This document shows, in pieces, positions 8,466 to 18,169 of a DNA stretch of 32,000 nt. This DNA comes from Mucisphaera calidilacus. GTDB taxonomy: Bacteria; Planctomycetota; Phycisphaerae; Phycisphaerales; Phycisphaeraceae. The first letter of the stretch is position 1. Every line of letters starts with the position of its first letter. The stretch spans positions 870,001 through 902,000 of the forward strand of contig NZ_CP036280.1 of the NCBI RefSeq assembly GCF_007748075.1, read 5' to 3'. The translations under genes were made by a program, and so were the position numbers. Below the pieces are notes generated by a model. The model was not told the DNA's origin. It made no database searches and saw only the letters and a program-made list of their open reading frames with translations.

Positions 8466-9164
8466 ATGAACAGATCCTTGGGAATGTTGACGACCGTGGG
8501 CCTCGTGCTGTCCTGCGGCACGGCAGACGCAGCCACGCACGCCTTTGATTTTTCCGGCCCGTTCATCCCGGCCAACCTCGGACCGGACGAGGTCTTCTCG
8601 GACACCACATCCGGCGAGACCCTCGACATCCTCGTCGAGGCCTTCACCGTCGACCTCACGCCACCCCCGCCCCCGACCTTCATCGAGGCCACGATCAAGC
8701 AGGGACTCGGCGGTCTCGGCATCAACACCGCTGGCGTCGGGGTTTTCGGCGGGGACCGCCCCAACGTCATCGACGAACTCTTTGGTCGATTCACCGAGGC
8801 CCTGGTCATCTCCTCCGCGGTCGACATCCGCATCGAGGACATCACCTTCGGCAACCTCGTCATCGGCGACGTCGCCAGGGTCTCCGTCCTCGGCTCGCCC
8901 GGCGCTTCGGTCGACGTCCTGCTCGGCGGGCTGATCACCACCGGCGGCACGACAACCCTGCCCGGCGGCGGCTACCTGCTCGAAGCCGGCGAACGGCTCG
9001 CCATCGGAGCACCCATCGGTGCGGGCACGGGTGACAACAGCTTTACCCTCCTCGGACTCACCGCCAGCACCGTCAGCGCTGATCCCCCACCCGTGATGCC
9101 GACACCCACAGCAGTCGCTGCGGGACTGCTCGGCCTCGCCGTCGTCGCACAACGCCGACGCTGA
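8466..9164 (+). CDS. Secreted hypothetical protein with a PEP-CTERM-like C-terminal sorting signal
   Basis: N-terminal signal peptide (MNRSLGMLTTVGLVLSCGTADAA). The C-terminus PPPVMPTPTAVAAGLLGLAVVAQRRR consists of a Pro-x-Pro motif, a hydrophobic helix and an Arg cluster. GGAG lies 8 nt upstream of the ATG. Confidence 0.7.
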   Translation: MNRSLGMLTTVGLVLSCGTADAATHAFDFSGPFIPANLGPDEVFSDTTSGETLDILVEAFTVDLTPPPPPTFIEATIKQGLGGLGINTAGVGVFGGDRPNVIDELFGRFTEALVISSAVDIRIEDITFGNLVIGDVARVSVLGSPGASVDVLLGGLITTGGTTTLPGGGYLLEAGERLAIGAPIGAGTGDNSFTLLGLTASTVSADPPPVMPTPTAVAAGLLGLAVVAQRRR

Positions 9165-9191
9165 GAAGCAACGACAACCTGAACACAAAAG

Positions 9192-9216
9192 CGAGGCCCG
9201 CGGGGGCCTCGTTTTC
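9192..9216. terminator. Bidirectional intrinsic terminator between the convergent PEP-CTERM gene and ptsN
   Basis: Perfect 8-bp stem CGAGGCCC (9192-9199) / GGGCCTCG (9204-9211) with a 4-nt loop. It is followed by TTTTCT on the plus strand and preceded by ACAAAA, which reads as a T-run on the minus strand. Confidence 0.65.
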
Positions 9217-9248
9217 TCGAGGGTCAATGCCCGTTGCGTGACGGCTCG

Positions 9249-9725
9249 CTACACCGGCGTGTTTGACTCGTGCTCCGCGATGATCGCGTAGAGATCCTCC
9301 GCCGTCGGCGCCACCTTGAGCGCCTCGCGCAGATCATCCTCTGTCAGCATCCGCGAGATCTTCGCCAACGCCTGGATGTGCGGGCCCGTCTGGTCCAGCG
9401 GCGAGGCCAGCAGGATGATCAGGTCCACCGGGCGACCGTCGATCGCGCCGAACTCGATCGGCTGCTCCGGACGGCCCACCGCCATACGCAGCTTGTCCAC
9501 GCCCGAAGCCTTGCCGTGCGGAATCCCGATGCCGTGGCCGATCCCCGTCGTCCGCGTCTGCTCACGCTGCCAGATCGCCTGCTTGAGGTCTTCCGCCGAG
9601 GCGATCGGCGATTTCTCGGCGAGCAGCTCGGCCATCTCGTCGATGACCTCGTGCTTGTCACCGCCCTTGAGCGGGACGATCACGCAGTCGGGCTGGAGGA
9701 TGTCGGTCAGACGCATCAGGATCAT
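9249..9725 (-). CDS. ptsN: PTS EIIA-type nitrogen regulatory protein (EIIA-Ntr)
   Basis: 158 aa with a PTS_EIIA_2 layout. The phosphorylatable His context is TGIGHGIGIPHGK. An alternative ATG is at 9716. Confidence 0.8.
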   Translation of the reverse strand: MILMRLTDILQPDCVIVPLKGGDKHEVIDEMAELLAEKSPIASAEDLKQAIWQREQTRTTGIGHGIGIPHGKASGVDKLRMAVGRPEQPIEFGAIDGRPVDLIILLASPLDQTGPHIQALAKISRMLTEDDLREALKVAPTAEDLYAIIAEHESNTPV

Positions 9726-9928
9726 CCAGTGGGGCCGCCGCCCGGGACGGGCGCGGATAAGTCAGAACCATACTGGCGCGGTTCTCGCGGGGCAACCACG
9801 CCACCCGTTGTCTCGACGCATCGCCCCGCAGGGCGTATATTGCCGGGCCGGACGAAGGGAAGCCAACGCGGGGCAGGGGACGGCGGGCTTCCCCTGACGA
9901 AGTGGACGCATTCGATCTGGACACCCTG

Positions 9929-10885
9929 ATGATCCAAGCAGACGATCTGGTGAAGTGGTACGGGCCGACGCTCGCAGTAGACCACGTGAGTTTCGAGGTT
10001 GCCCAGGGGCAGATCGTCGGCTTCCTCGGACCCAACGGCGCCGGCAAGTCGACCACCATCCGCATGCTCACCGGCTACCTGCCCGCCACCGCCGGCACCG
10101 CACGCATCGGCGGGTTCGACGTCGCCCGCAATTCCCGGCAGGCCCGGGCGCTCATCGGCTACCTCCCCGAGTCCACGCCCCTCTACCCCGAGATGCGCGT
10201 CGACGAGTACCTCGACTATCGCGGACGACTCCTGGGCATGCCACGCCAGGACCGTATCGCACGACGCGACGAGGTCGTCGACCGATGCGGGCTCACCGCC
10301 ATGCGTCGGCGGACCATCGACCGGCTCTCCAAGGGCAACCGCCAGCGCGTCGGACTCGCCCAGGCACTGCTCCACAACCCGCCCGTCCTCATCCTCGACG
10401 AGCCCACCGCCGGTCTCGACCCCGCCCAGATCGGCGCCTTCCGCACGCTCTTCCGAGAACTCGCCGACAACCACACCATCCTGCTCTCGTCGCACATCCT
10501 CCCCGAGATCGAGAAGACCGCCGACCGCGTCGTCATGATCGCCGGCGGCCAGAAGGCCGCCGAGGGAACCCTCGACGAGATCCGACGCCAGAGCGCCTCA
10601 GGCGGAGGCGTGATCGTCCAGGCCAAGTCCGACGCCAACGCGCTCGCCGGCATCCTCCGCGAGCTGCCCGGCGTCGCCAGCGCCAACGCACGCGACCTCG
10701 AGGACGGCTGGGCCGAGGCCACCCTCATCGCCCTCGACGACACCGACCTCCGCGAACTCATCGCCAGGCGGCTCTCCGAAACCGGCGCCCTCGTCCGCGA
10801 GCTCCGCGTCGAAGCCCCCTCCCTCGAAGCCTTCTTTATCGAGATGACCGCCAACCAGCGGGTCTCCAATCCTACTGCCGCGTGA
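9929..10885 (+). CDS. ABC transporter ATP-binding protein (ABC-2/DrrA-type, GldA-like)
   Basis: Walker A GPNGAGKSTT, signature LSKGNRQRVGLAQAL, Walker B LILDEPTAGLD, C-terminal PSLEAFFIEMT. ATG 9929 gives the usual MIQADDLVKWYG N-terminus. The ORF-track start at 9902 is GTG. Confidence 0.9.
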   Translation: MIQADDLVKWYGPTLAVDHVSFEVAQGQIVGFLGPNGAGKSTTIRMLTGYLPATAGTARIGGFDVARNSRQARALIGYLPESTPLYPEMRVDEYLDYRGRLLGMPRQDRIARRDEVVDRCGLTAMRRRTIDRLSKGNRQRVGLAQALLHNPPVLILDEPTAGLDPAQIGAFRTLFRELADNHTILLSSHILPEIEKTADRVVMIAGGQKAAEGTLDEIRRQSASGGGVIVQAKSDANALAGILRELPGVASANARDLEDGWAEATLIALDDTDLRELIARRLSETGALVRELRVEAPSLEAFFIEMTANQRVSNPTAA

Positions 10886-10898
10886 CGGAGTGACACGC

Positions 10899-11621
10899 AT
10901 GTACGCGACCTGGACCATCGCTAAACGTGAGACCCTCAGCCTCTTCTACGCGCCCGTAGCCTACCTCGTGCTCGGGCTCTTCACCTTCATCGCCTCCATG
11001 ATCTTCCTCGGTCTCTTCGACTCCGGCGCACCCGCCTCCATGCGCAACCTCTTCTTCTGGGTCGCCATCCTCCTCGCCTTCGTCCTCCCCGCCGTCAGCA
11101 TGCGCCTGCTCAGCGAAGAGATCAAAAGCGGCACCCTCGAACTCATCATGACCGCGCCCGTCAGCGACGCGCAGCTCGTCCTGGGCAAGTGGATCGGCGC
11201 CCTGATCTTCTACCTCGCCATGCTCAGCCCCCTCGTCCTCCAGGTCCTCATCCTCGAACTCCACGGCACACCCGACTACGGGCCCATCCTCACCGGCCTC
11301 GCCGGTCTCGTCCTCGTCGGCGCGTTCTACCTCGCCATCGGCGTCTTCGCCTCCTCCCTCAGCGACAGCCAGATCGTCGCCTACATGGTCACCGCGCTCT
11401 TCACCGGCATGTTCACCGTCGGACTCTGGATGATCGGCAGGTCCGTCTCCTGGCTCCCCGAATGGTCCAAGAAAGCCTGTTACTACCTCAGCGTCGTCGG
11501 CCAGTACGAGGACTTCTCCAAGGGGCTCATCGACACCAGCAACTTCGTCTACTTCGTCTCCCTCACCCTCTTTTTCCTCTTCCTCGCCGTGAAACTCGTC
11601 GAGAGCCGCCGCTGGCGCTGA
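10899..11621 (+). CDS. ABC-2 type transporter permease (GldF-like)
   Basis: MYATWTIAKRETLSLFYAPVAYLVL... with six predicted TM segments. GGAG lies 8 nt upstream of ATG 10899. The ORF-track start at 10890 is GTG. Confidence 0.85.
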   Translation: MYATWTIAKRETLSLFYAPVAYLVLGLFTFIASMIFLGLFDSGAPASMRNLFFWVAILLAFVLPAVSMRLLSEEIKSGTLELIMTAPVSDAQLVLGKWIGALIFYLAMLSPLVLQVLILELHGTPDYGPILTGLAGLVLVGAFYLAIGVFASSLSDSQIVAYMVTALFTGMFTVGLWMIGRSVSWLPEWSKKACYYLSVVGQYEDFSKGLIDTSNFVYFVSLTLFFLFLAVKLVESRRWR

Positions 11622-11645
11622 CGCCGTGCAGGAAGTGAGTCTGCC

Positions 11646-13748
11646 ATGAGTACACCACCCACAACAGGCGGCCCCCCCAACCGGATGGCCATCGGGCTCA
11701 ACGTCACCATCGCCGCCGCCGCCGCGCTCGCGCTGGTCGTTGGCGTCAACTTCATCGCCTACCGCCAGTATGTCCGCTTCGACTTCACCAGCATGGGGAT
11801 GTACAGCCTCTCCCCCCAGACACGGCAGGTCCTCGACGACCTCGACACACCACACGAGATCGTCGGCATCTTCGTCGAAGACACCGAGCCGGCCATCCGC
11901 CTCGGCGAACTGCTCCAGGAATACGACGTCCGCTCCGACAACCTCACCCTCACACGCATCAACCCCGTCATCGACGCCGTACGCTTCGACACCTTCCTCG
12001 CACGCATGGAAGCCCGCTACGCCGACAAGCTCGACCCCGCCAGAACCACCCTCCGCCAGAGCATCGACCGCGTCCAGGCCGGCTGGGCCAGCGTGATCCC
12101 CATCCTCATCGAACTCCGCGACGCGCTCGACGCCGGCAGCGTCTCCGGACGCCTCAACCAGGTCGTCACCGTCCTGCCCCAGATCAGCTCCGCCTGGGAG
12201 CAGTCCTCCTCGAGCTGGAATGACCAACTCGACCAGGCCCTCCCCGCCGTCGGCCAGATCGTCCGCACCATGCAGCGGCAGCTCGAGGAGATCAACACCC
12301 AGACCCTCGCCGCCGCCCAGTCGATCCTCGACGACGCCGGCAGCAACAGCACGCTCCCCGGCGCCGTCCGCGACGCAGCCCTCCGCGCCGCCGCCGCCAT
12401 CGACACCCTCCGCGTCGACCTCCAAAACACCACCGACCAACTCGCCGCCATCAACGGCCTCGAAGACTACAACCAGCTCGTCGACGACCTCGTCGGCCGC
12501 GAGTGCGTCATCGTCCTCGCCGACGACAAGGCACGCGTCATCGCCCGCGACGCCATGATCACCCCCGAGACCTTCACCGACGACAGCCAACGCGAGTCCG
12601 AGTACCGCTTCCAGGCCGAAGAGAAAATCACCGGCGCCCTCATCAGCCTCTCGCTCGACCAGCGCCCCCTCGCCGTCTTCGTCAGCTACGACCCGCGACC
12701 CGTCATCGGCCCGCGCGGCTCCCACGAGCACGTCGCCTCTCGACTCCGCAGCGCCGACTTCCAACTCGAAACCTGGAACCCCATGGGGCAGATGTCACCC
12801 ATGGGCGGCATGGCACCCGCCGGGCCGCCACCGACGCCCGAGCCCGGCCAGCCCGCCGTCTGGGTCGTCCTGCCCGCGCCGCCGCCCGACCCCCGCAACC
12901 CCATGTCCAACCCCGCCGCCGCCAAGCAGCAGGTCGCCGCCATCCTCGCCGAACGACTCGCCGCAGGCGACGGCGCCCTGCTCATGACCAGCACCGACCC
13001 CGGCGCACGTTTCGGTACCTCCGACCCCATCGCCGAACTCGCCGCCGAATGGGGCATCGACCCGCTCCTCGAACAGATCATCCTCGCCGAGGTCCGCGTC
13101 AACGAACGACAGACCCAGGCCACCACCATGCACGACCTGCGCGACTGGCCCGACGACCACCCCGTCAGCAAGGCACTCGCCGGACTCCCGGGCGTCATGA
13201 TCCAGGCCAGCCCCCTCCAGCTCGTTGACCCCGCGCCCGAAGAAACCCCCGAGACCGACACGCCCGCCCCCACGACCACCACCTGGGCGCTCGCCCACGC
13301 CACCTCGCCACGCATGTGGGCCACCGCCGAGGCCGCCGCCGCGGGCTCGCTCGAACAGATGGCGTTCGACCCCGAGCAGGCCGCCGACACCTTCACCGTC
13401 GCCGCCGCCGCCGAACGACCCGCAGCCGGACGCCTGATCCTCATCGCCGACCCCATCTTCGCCAGCGACGACATCACCACCTACGGCATGACCATCCTCG
13501 GGCCCGCACAGGGATTCCCCGACACCGCCATCTACCCCGCCAACGCCGAGCTCTTCGTCAACAGCGTCTACTGGCTCAGCGGCATGGACCACCTCATCGC
13601 CGCCAGCTCACGAACCCAACGCGTCGCGCGCGTCGGCGCCATCTCCGACGAGACCTACATGGCCTACCAGTTCGGACTCCTCCTCGGACTCCCGCTGATC
13701 ATTCTCGCCACCGGCCTCGGCGTCTACTTCAGCCGACGCGCGGGCTGA
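11646..13748 (+). CDS. GldG-family ABC-transport auxiliary component (ABC_transp_aux-like)
   Basis: N-terminal TM followed by RFDFTSMGMYSLSPQTRQVLDDLDTPHEIVGIF...LLQEY, the characteristic GldG N-terminal block. C-terminal TM (YQFGLLLGLPLIILATGLGVYF). 700 aa. Confidence 0.8.
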   Translation: MSTPPTTGGPPNRMAIGLNVTIAAAAALALVVGVNFIAYRQYVRFDFTSMGMYSLSPQTRQVLDDLDTPHEIVGIFVEDTEPAIRLGELLQEYDVRSDNLTLTRINPVIDAVRFDTFLARMEARYADKLDPARTTLRQSIDRVQAGWASVIPILIELRDALDAGSVSGRLNQVVTVLPQISSAWEQSSSSWNDQLDQALPAVGQIVRTMQRQLEEINTQTLAAAQSILDDAGSNSTLPGAVRDAALRAAAAIDTLRVDLQNTTDQLAAINGLEDYNQLVDDLVGRECVIVLADDKARVIARDAMITPETFTDDSQRESEYRFQAEEKITGALISLSLDQRPLAVFVSYDPRPVIGPRGSHEHVASRLRSADFQLETWNPMGQMSPMGGMAPAGPPPTPEPGQPAVWVVLPAPPPDPRNPMSNPAAAKQQVAAILAERLAAGDGALLMTSTDPGARFGTSDPIAELAAEWGIDPLLEQIILAEVRVNERQTQATTMHDLRDWPDDHPVSKALAGLPGVMIQASPLQLVDPAPEETPETDTPAPTTTTWALAHATSPRMWATAEAAAAGSLEQMAFDPEQAADTFTVAAAAERPAAGRLILIADPIFASDDITTYGMTILGPAQGFPDTAIYPANAELFVNSVYWLSGMDHLIAASSRTQRVARVGAISDETYMAYQFGLLLGLPLIILATGLGVYFSRRAG

Positions 13749-13775
13749 CGCCCATGATCCCCAGGAGGTAACGCG

Positions 13776-15989
13776 ATGAACCTGAAGACAACCCTCTTTC
13801 TTCTGGTGATGGTCGCCGGCGTCGCCGGCTACGTCTTCTTCTTCGAACTCAAGAACGAGACCACCGAGCAACGAGAACAACGCGAAGCCCAGTCCCTCCG
13901 GCTCGAAGGCTCACCCCTCATCGACGCCGACGATCGACCCGAGCCCGCCGACGTCACGCGACTCGAACTCGTGATCGACGGCAACACCACCGTCATCGAG
14001 CGACAGGGCGACGGCTGGCAGCAGACCCAGCCCGTCACCTTCCCCATGCAGACCTTCGCCGTCGACCGCGTCTGCCGCGAACTCTTCGAGTTGCGCCTCT
14101 TCGAACGCCTCGACCCCGGCAACGACGGCGCTCCCACCCACGAGGTCGCACGACTCGCCGAGCCCCGCGCCCTGCTCCGACTCCACACCGCCGACACCAC
14201 CTACCAGGCCGCCCTCGGACGACGACTCCCCGGCGACCAGGCCTACCTCCAGCTCAACGACCACGACGACATCCTCGTCGTCGACGACGACCTCCACCTC
14301 GCCATCCTCGACGAGGGCGTCAACAACTGGCGTGCCACCACACTCGCCGCGCCCACCCTCGCACAGACCGAGAGCCTCCAGATCATCCCCGCCGACAGCG
14401 AACCGATCACGCTCCACAACCTCGGCGAACGATGGAGCCTCGACGAGGCGGGCATCCAGCGCGCCGACCAGGACGCCGTCCGCGACGCCGTCGCCGCGCT
14501 CAGCCGACTCCGCATCGAGGACTTCAAGGCCGACCGGCCCGAGGACCTCGCCCGCTACGGCCTCGACCGACCCGACCTCATCGTCACCAGCCACCGCACC
14601 GCCGAGGACGACACCCAACCCCTGCCACCCCTCACCCTCTTCGTCGGCGGCGCCGCCGACATGGAAACCACCCAACGCTTCGCCGCCATCACGCGAGGCG
14701 ACCAGCCCATCGACGTCGTCTTCACCCTCCGCGAGTCCGACCTCACCAGCCTACGGCCCGCCGTCGACGACCTCCGCGACAAACAGGTCCTTGCCGTCGA
14801 GCCCGCCGACATCAACGCCATCCGCGTCCAGAACCGGAACACCGCCTTCGGCCTGCTCCGCGGCGCTGACGGCGTTTACCGATTCGGCGCACCCGACCCC
14901 GGCTACCGCGTCGACCGCATCGTCGCCACAGACACCACGCAACAACTCGCCCGGCTCGAGGCCCTTGGCTTTGCCACCCTCGACCGCGTCAAGGCCGAAA
15001 TCGGATCCCTCGAAGTCTCCATCACCGGCGAAGAACAGCCCCTCCGCATCCGCGTCTGCGAGCCCACCGTCACCGAGGAAGACAGCGAGCCCCGCTGGCT
15101 GCTCATCCGCGAGCCCGAGCCCTTCGGCTACCTCGTCGACCCCGCCCAACTCGAAGCACTCCTCGCCGGACCCCTCGCCTTCAAGGACCGCACCCTCCTC
15201 GCCCTCGAACGCGAACAGATCACCCAGATCGAGATGCGCCTCCCCGGCCGCGTTCTCATCGACCTCCTGTCCGGCGAGCAGCAGGGCACATGGACCGTCA
15301 ACGACGAACCCGCCGACACCCAACGCATCAACCCGCTCATCGACACCCTCGCCGGACTCCGAGCCGCGCACTGGCTGACCAAAGACGAGCAGCCCACGCC
15401 CAGACTCACAGGCGACCTCAGCACCCTCACCGTCTGGGCCGGACAGGAAAACCAGCACGCCGCACGACTCCTCATCGACGCTCCCACCAACGCCGGCACC
15501 TTCGAGGGCGACGACGCCTGGTTCACACTCGACCCCGACACCACCGCCGCACTCCTCAGCGAACAGCGACCCGCCGACCTCATCGTCGTCTCCCCGAGTG
15601 ACATCCGAACGATCACTCTCTCCCTCGCCGACACAACCCTCAATCTCGAACGCGATCCCCGGGGCGGCATCACCATCGACGGCACCGAACCCGACGACCC
15701 CGCCCCCGCCGTGCGCCTCATCGACCTCCTCAGCCAGCTGCGTGCCGAACGCCTGCTCGCAGAGACATGGACGCCCGAGCCGGACGCCGGCCTCCGCGTC
15801 ACCATCACCCTCGCCGACAACAGCACCCACGAACTCCAACTCACCGGCATCGCCCCCGAAGGCTTCCTCCTGCCCCGCAACGAGCGCTCCGTCATCGCCG
15901 TCGTCAATAACAAGACCGTCCTCATCGACGGCGAAACCTTCGAGACCGCCGTCGGCCTCATGACCAACCCCCAGACCATCACGCCATGA
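13776..15989 (+). CDS. DUF4340-like membrane-anchored repeat protein (fourth gene of the GldAFG-like module)
   Basis: AGGAGG lies 7 nt upstream of ATG 13776, and there is a single N-terminal TM (TLFLLVMVAGVAGYVFFF). The position downstream of a GldG-like gene is the usual DUF4340 context. Five internal modules each end in an L..L..LR motif. Confidence 0.7.
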   Translation: MNLKTTLFLLVMVAGVAGYVFFFELKNETTEQREQREAQSLRLEGSPLIDADDRPEPADVTRLELVIDGNTTVIERQGDGWQQTQPVTFPMQTFAVDRVCRELFELRLFERLDPGNDGAPTHEVARLAEPRALLRLHTADTTYQAALGRRLPGDQAYLQLNDHDDILVVDDDLHLAILDEGVNNWRATTLAAPTLAQTESLQIIPADSEPITLHNLGERWSLDEAGIQRADQDAVRDAVAALSRLRIEDFKADRPEDLARYGLDRPDLIVTSHRTAEDDTQPLPPLTLFVGGAADMETTQRFAAITRGDQPIDVVFTLRESDLTSLRPAVDDLRDKQVLAVEPADINAIRVQNRNTAFGLLRGADGVYRFGAPDPGYRVDRIVATDTTQQLARLEALGFATLDRVKAEIGSLEVSITGEEQPLRIRVCEPTVTEEDSEPRWLLIREPEPFGYLVDPAQLEALLAGPLAFKDRTLLALEREQITQIEMRLPGRVLIDLLSGEQQGTWTVNDEPADTQRINPLIDTLAGLRAAHWLTKDEQPTPRLTGDLSTLTVWAGQENQHAARLLIDAPTNAGTFEGDDAWFTLDPDTTAALLSEQRPADLIVVSPSDIRTITLSLADTTLNLERDPRGGITIDGTEPDDPAPAVRLIDLLSQLRAERLLAETWTPEPDAGLRVTITLADNSTHELQLTGIAPEGFLLPRNERSVIAVVNNKTVLIDGETFETAVGLMTNPQTITP

Positions 15990-16010
15990 GTCAGAACGAG
16001 CCGATCAGCG

Positions 16011-17543
16011 TCAGCTCGAACCCAGATTAGCCAGCGAATCGCCGGCAGCGACCGTCCCCTCACGCAGCTGTTTCGCCTGATCGTTGCGAAGCTGCTGGAG
16101 CTTGTCCAGGTAAGGCTCATCGACGTCGCCCGTCACGTAGTGACCGTCAAACACCGAACACTCGAACCGCTCGACGTGCGGGTTGCCCTCCGCCGCCGAG
16201 GCCACCAGGTCTTCGAGATCCTGATACACCAGCCAGTCCGCGCCGATCGACTCCGCCACCTCCGCGTCCGTCCGGCCGTGCGCGATCAGCTCATGCGCCG
16301 AAGGCATATCGATGCCGTACACGTTCGGGTAGCGGATCGCCGGCGCCGCCGAGCAATAAAACACCTTGTGCGCACCCGCCTCGCGTGCCATCTGAATAAT
16401 CTGCTTGCACGTCGTCCCCCGAACGATCGAGTCGTCCACCAGCAGCACATTCTTGCCCTTGAACTCGAGCCCGATCGGGTTGAGCTTCTGACGCACACTC
16501 TTCGCGCGCTGCTGCTGACCCGGCATGATGAACGTCCGGCCGATGTACCGGTTCTTGATGAACCCCTCCCGGTACTTGATCCCCAGGTCCGTCGCCAGCT
16601 GCAACGCCGACGTCCGGCTCGTGTCCGGGATCGGGATCGCCACATCAAACTGGTCCGTGATTCCCAGACGCGTCAGCTTCGCCGCCAGACGCTCACCCAT
16701 CCGCAGACGCGACTTGTACACCGAGATCCCGTCCAGGATCGAGTCGGGACGCGCCAGGTACACGTGCTCGAAGATGCACGGGCACAGCCTCGACGCCTCC
16801 GCGCACAACTCCGAATGCAACGCGCCGTCGCTCGTGATAAAGACCGCCTCCCCCGGCGCAACATCACGAACCAGCTCGAACCCAAGCGTGTCCAGAGCCA
16901 CCGACTCCGACGCCAGGATGTACTCATTCCCGATCAGTGATTCGCGACGACCGATCACCAGCGGACGAATCCCATAAGGATCACGCACGCCGATCAAGCC
17001 ATAACCCGCGATCATCGCCACGAACGCATACGCACCGCGGCAACGCCTGTGCAGGCGACGCACCGCCTGAAAAACGTCCGTCGCCTCGGGACGCAGCTTC
17101 CGGATCACACCCAGCTCATGGGCGAACACGTTCAGCAACGCCTCGGAGTCCGAGCCCGTGTTGATATGCCTCAGGTCCGAGCGGAACAGCTCGCGCGTCA
17201 ACGCCTCGGTGTTCGTCAGGTTCCCGTTGTGCGCCAGCGTGATCCCGTAAGGCGAGTTCACATAAAACGGCTGCGCCTCGCTGCCCGAACACGAACCCGC
17301 CGTCGGGTAACGGCAGTGAGCAATCCCCATGTTCCCCGTCAGGGCGTCCATCGTCGCCTGATCGAACACATCACGCACCAGGCCGTTGCCCTTGCGGAGC
17401 TTCAACGACCCCTGGTCACACGTCACGATGCCCGCGGCGTCCTGACCGCGGTGCTGAAGCACCGTCAGGGCGTCGTACAGATCACGGCAGACGTCGGCTT
17501 GAGCGACGATCCCGGCGATGCCACACAATGCGGGATTCTCCAT
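16011..17543 (-). CDS. purF: Amidophosphoribosyltransferase
   Basis: 510 aa. Short propeptide followed by the catalytic Cys ([12 protein letters not shown]), PRPP loop [19 protein letters not shown], and [13 protein letters not shown]. Confidence 0.95.
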   Translation of the reverse strand: MENPALCGIAGIVAQADVCRDLYDALTVLQHRGQDAAGIVTCDQGSLKLRKGNGLVRDVFDQATMDALTGNMGIAHCRYPTAGSCSGSEAQPFYVNSPYGITLAHNGNLTNTEALTRELFRSDLRHINTGSDSEALLNVFAHELGVIRKLRPEATDVFQAVRRLHRRCRGAYAFVAMIAGYGLIGVRDPYGIRPLVIGRRESLIGNEYILASESVALDTLGFELVRDVAPGEAVFITSDGALHSELCAEASRLCPCIFEHVYLARPDSILDGISVYKSRLRMGERLAAKLTRLGITDQFDVAIPIPDTSRTSALQLATDLGIKYREGFIKNRYIGRTFIMPGQQQRAKSVRQKLNPIGLEFKGKNVLLVDDSIVRGTTCKQIIQMAREAGAHKVFYCSAAPAIRYPNVYGIDMPSAHELIAHGRTDAEVAESIGADWLVYQDLEDLVASAAEGNPHVERFECSVFDGHYVTGDVDEPYLDKLQQLRNDQAKQLREGTVAAGDSLANLGSS

Positions 17544-17723
17544 GCTGGGGGAGGGGCACGGTCGTGGTCACGCGGGTCGCGCTCACGTCTTTCTCACAGT
17601 ATCGACGGCACCGAAAAGGGTCAAGCCAGACGCGATCACCACCACCAGAAGGGGGCTAAGTACCCCATCAGCACACCGCATCCCGCCCAACCCCACGCCG
17701 CGACCAGCCGATACAATAAGCCA

Positions 17724-18127
<404 letters not shown>

Positions 18128-18129
18128 AG

Positions 18130-18169
18130 CAGGGCCCCGGCGAACAAACGCTGGGGCCTTGTCCTTTTC
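18130..18169 (+). terminator. Intrinsic terminator of rnpB, overlapping the stop codon of the convergent ABC ATPase gene
   Basis: 13-bp stem CAGGGCCCCGGCG (18130-18142) / CGCTGGGGCCTTG (18149-18161) with two G:U pairs and a 6-nt loop, followed by TCCTTTTC. Confidence 0.65.

Noticed and set aside
8352-9227. 291-aa minus-strand ORF
   Set aside because: It is antisense to the PEP-CTERM-type gene and spans the bidirectional terminator. It is a composition-driven shadow ORF.
10872-12764. 630-aa minus-strand ORF, the third-longest ORF in the window
   Set aside because: It is antisense to the GldF-like and GldG-like genes, which have clear family motifs. Its product is a G/A/D/E/V-rich low-complexity string typical of shadow ORFs in high-GC DNA.
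12775-12850. Met-rich stretch (MGQMSPMGGMAP) in the GldG-like protein as a possible Cu(I)-binding motif
   Set aside because: It is short and embedded in a Pro-rich low-complexity linker. There is no supporting copper-related context.
17544-17711. Possible purine, ZTP or PRPP-type riboswitch in the ~170-nt purF 5' region
   Set aside because: Reading the minus strand, I found no ZTP core (…CUGGCG…/CCGCCUGGGC) and no purine-riboswitch junction. Only short GC hairpins are present. I cannot exclude an unknown leader without a covariance-model search.
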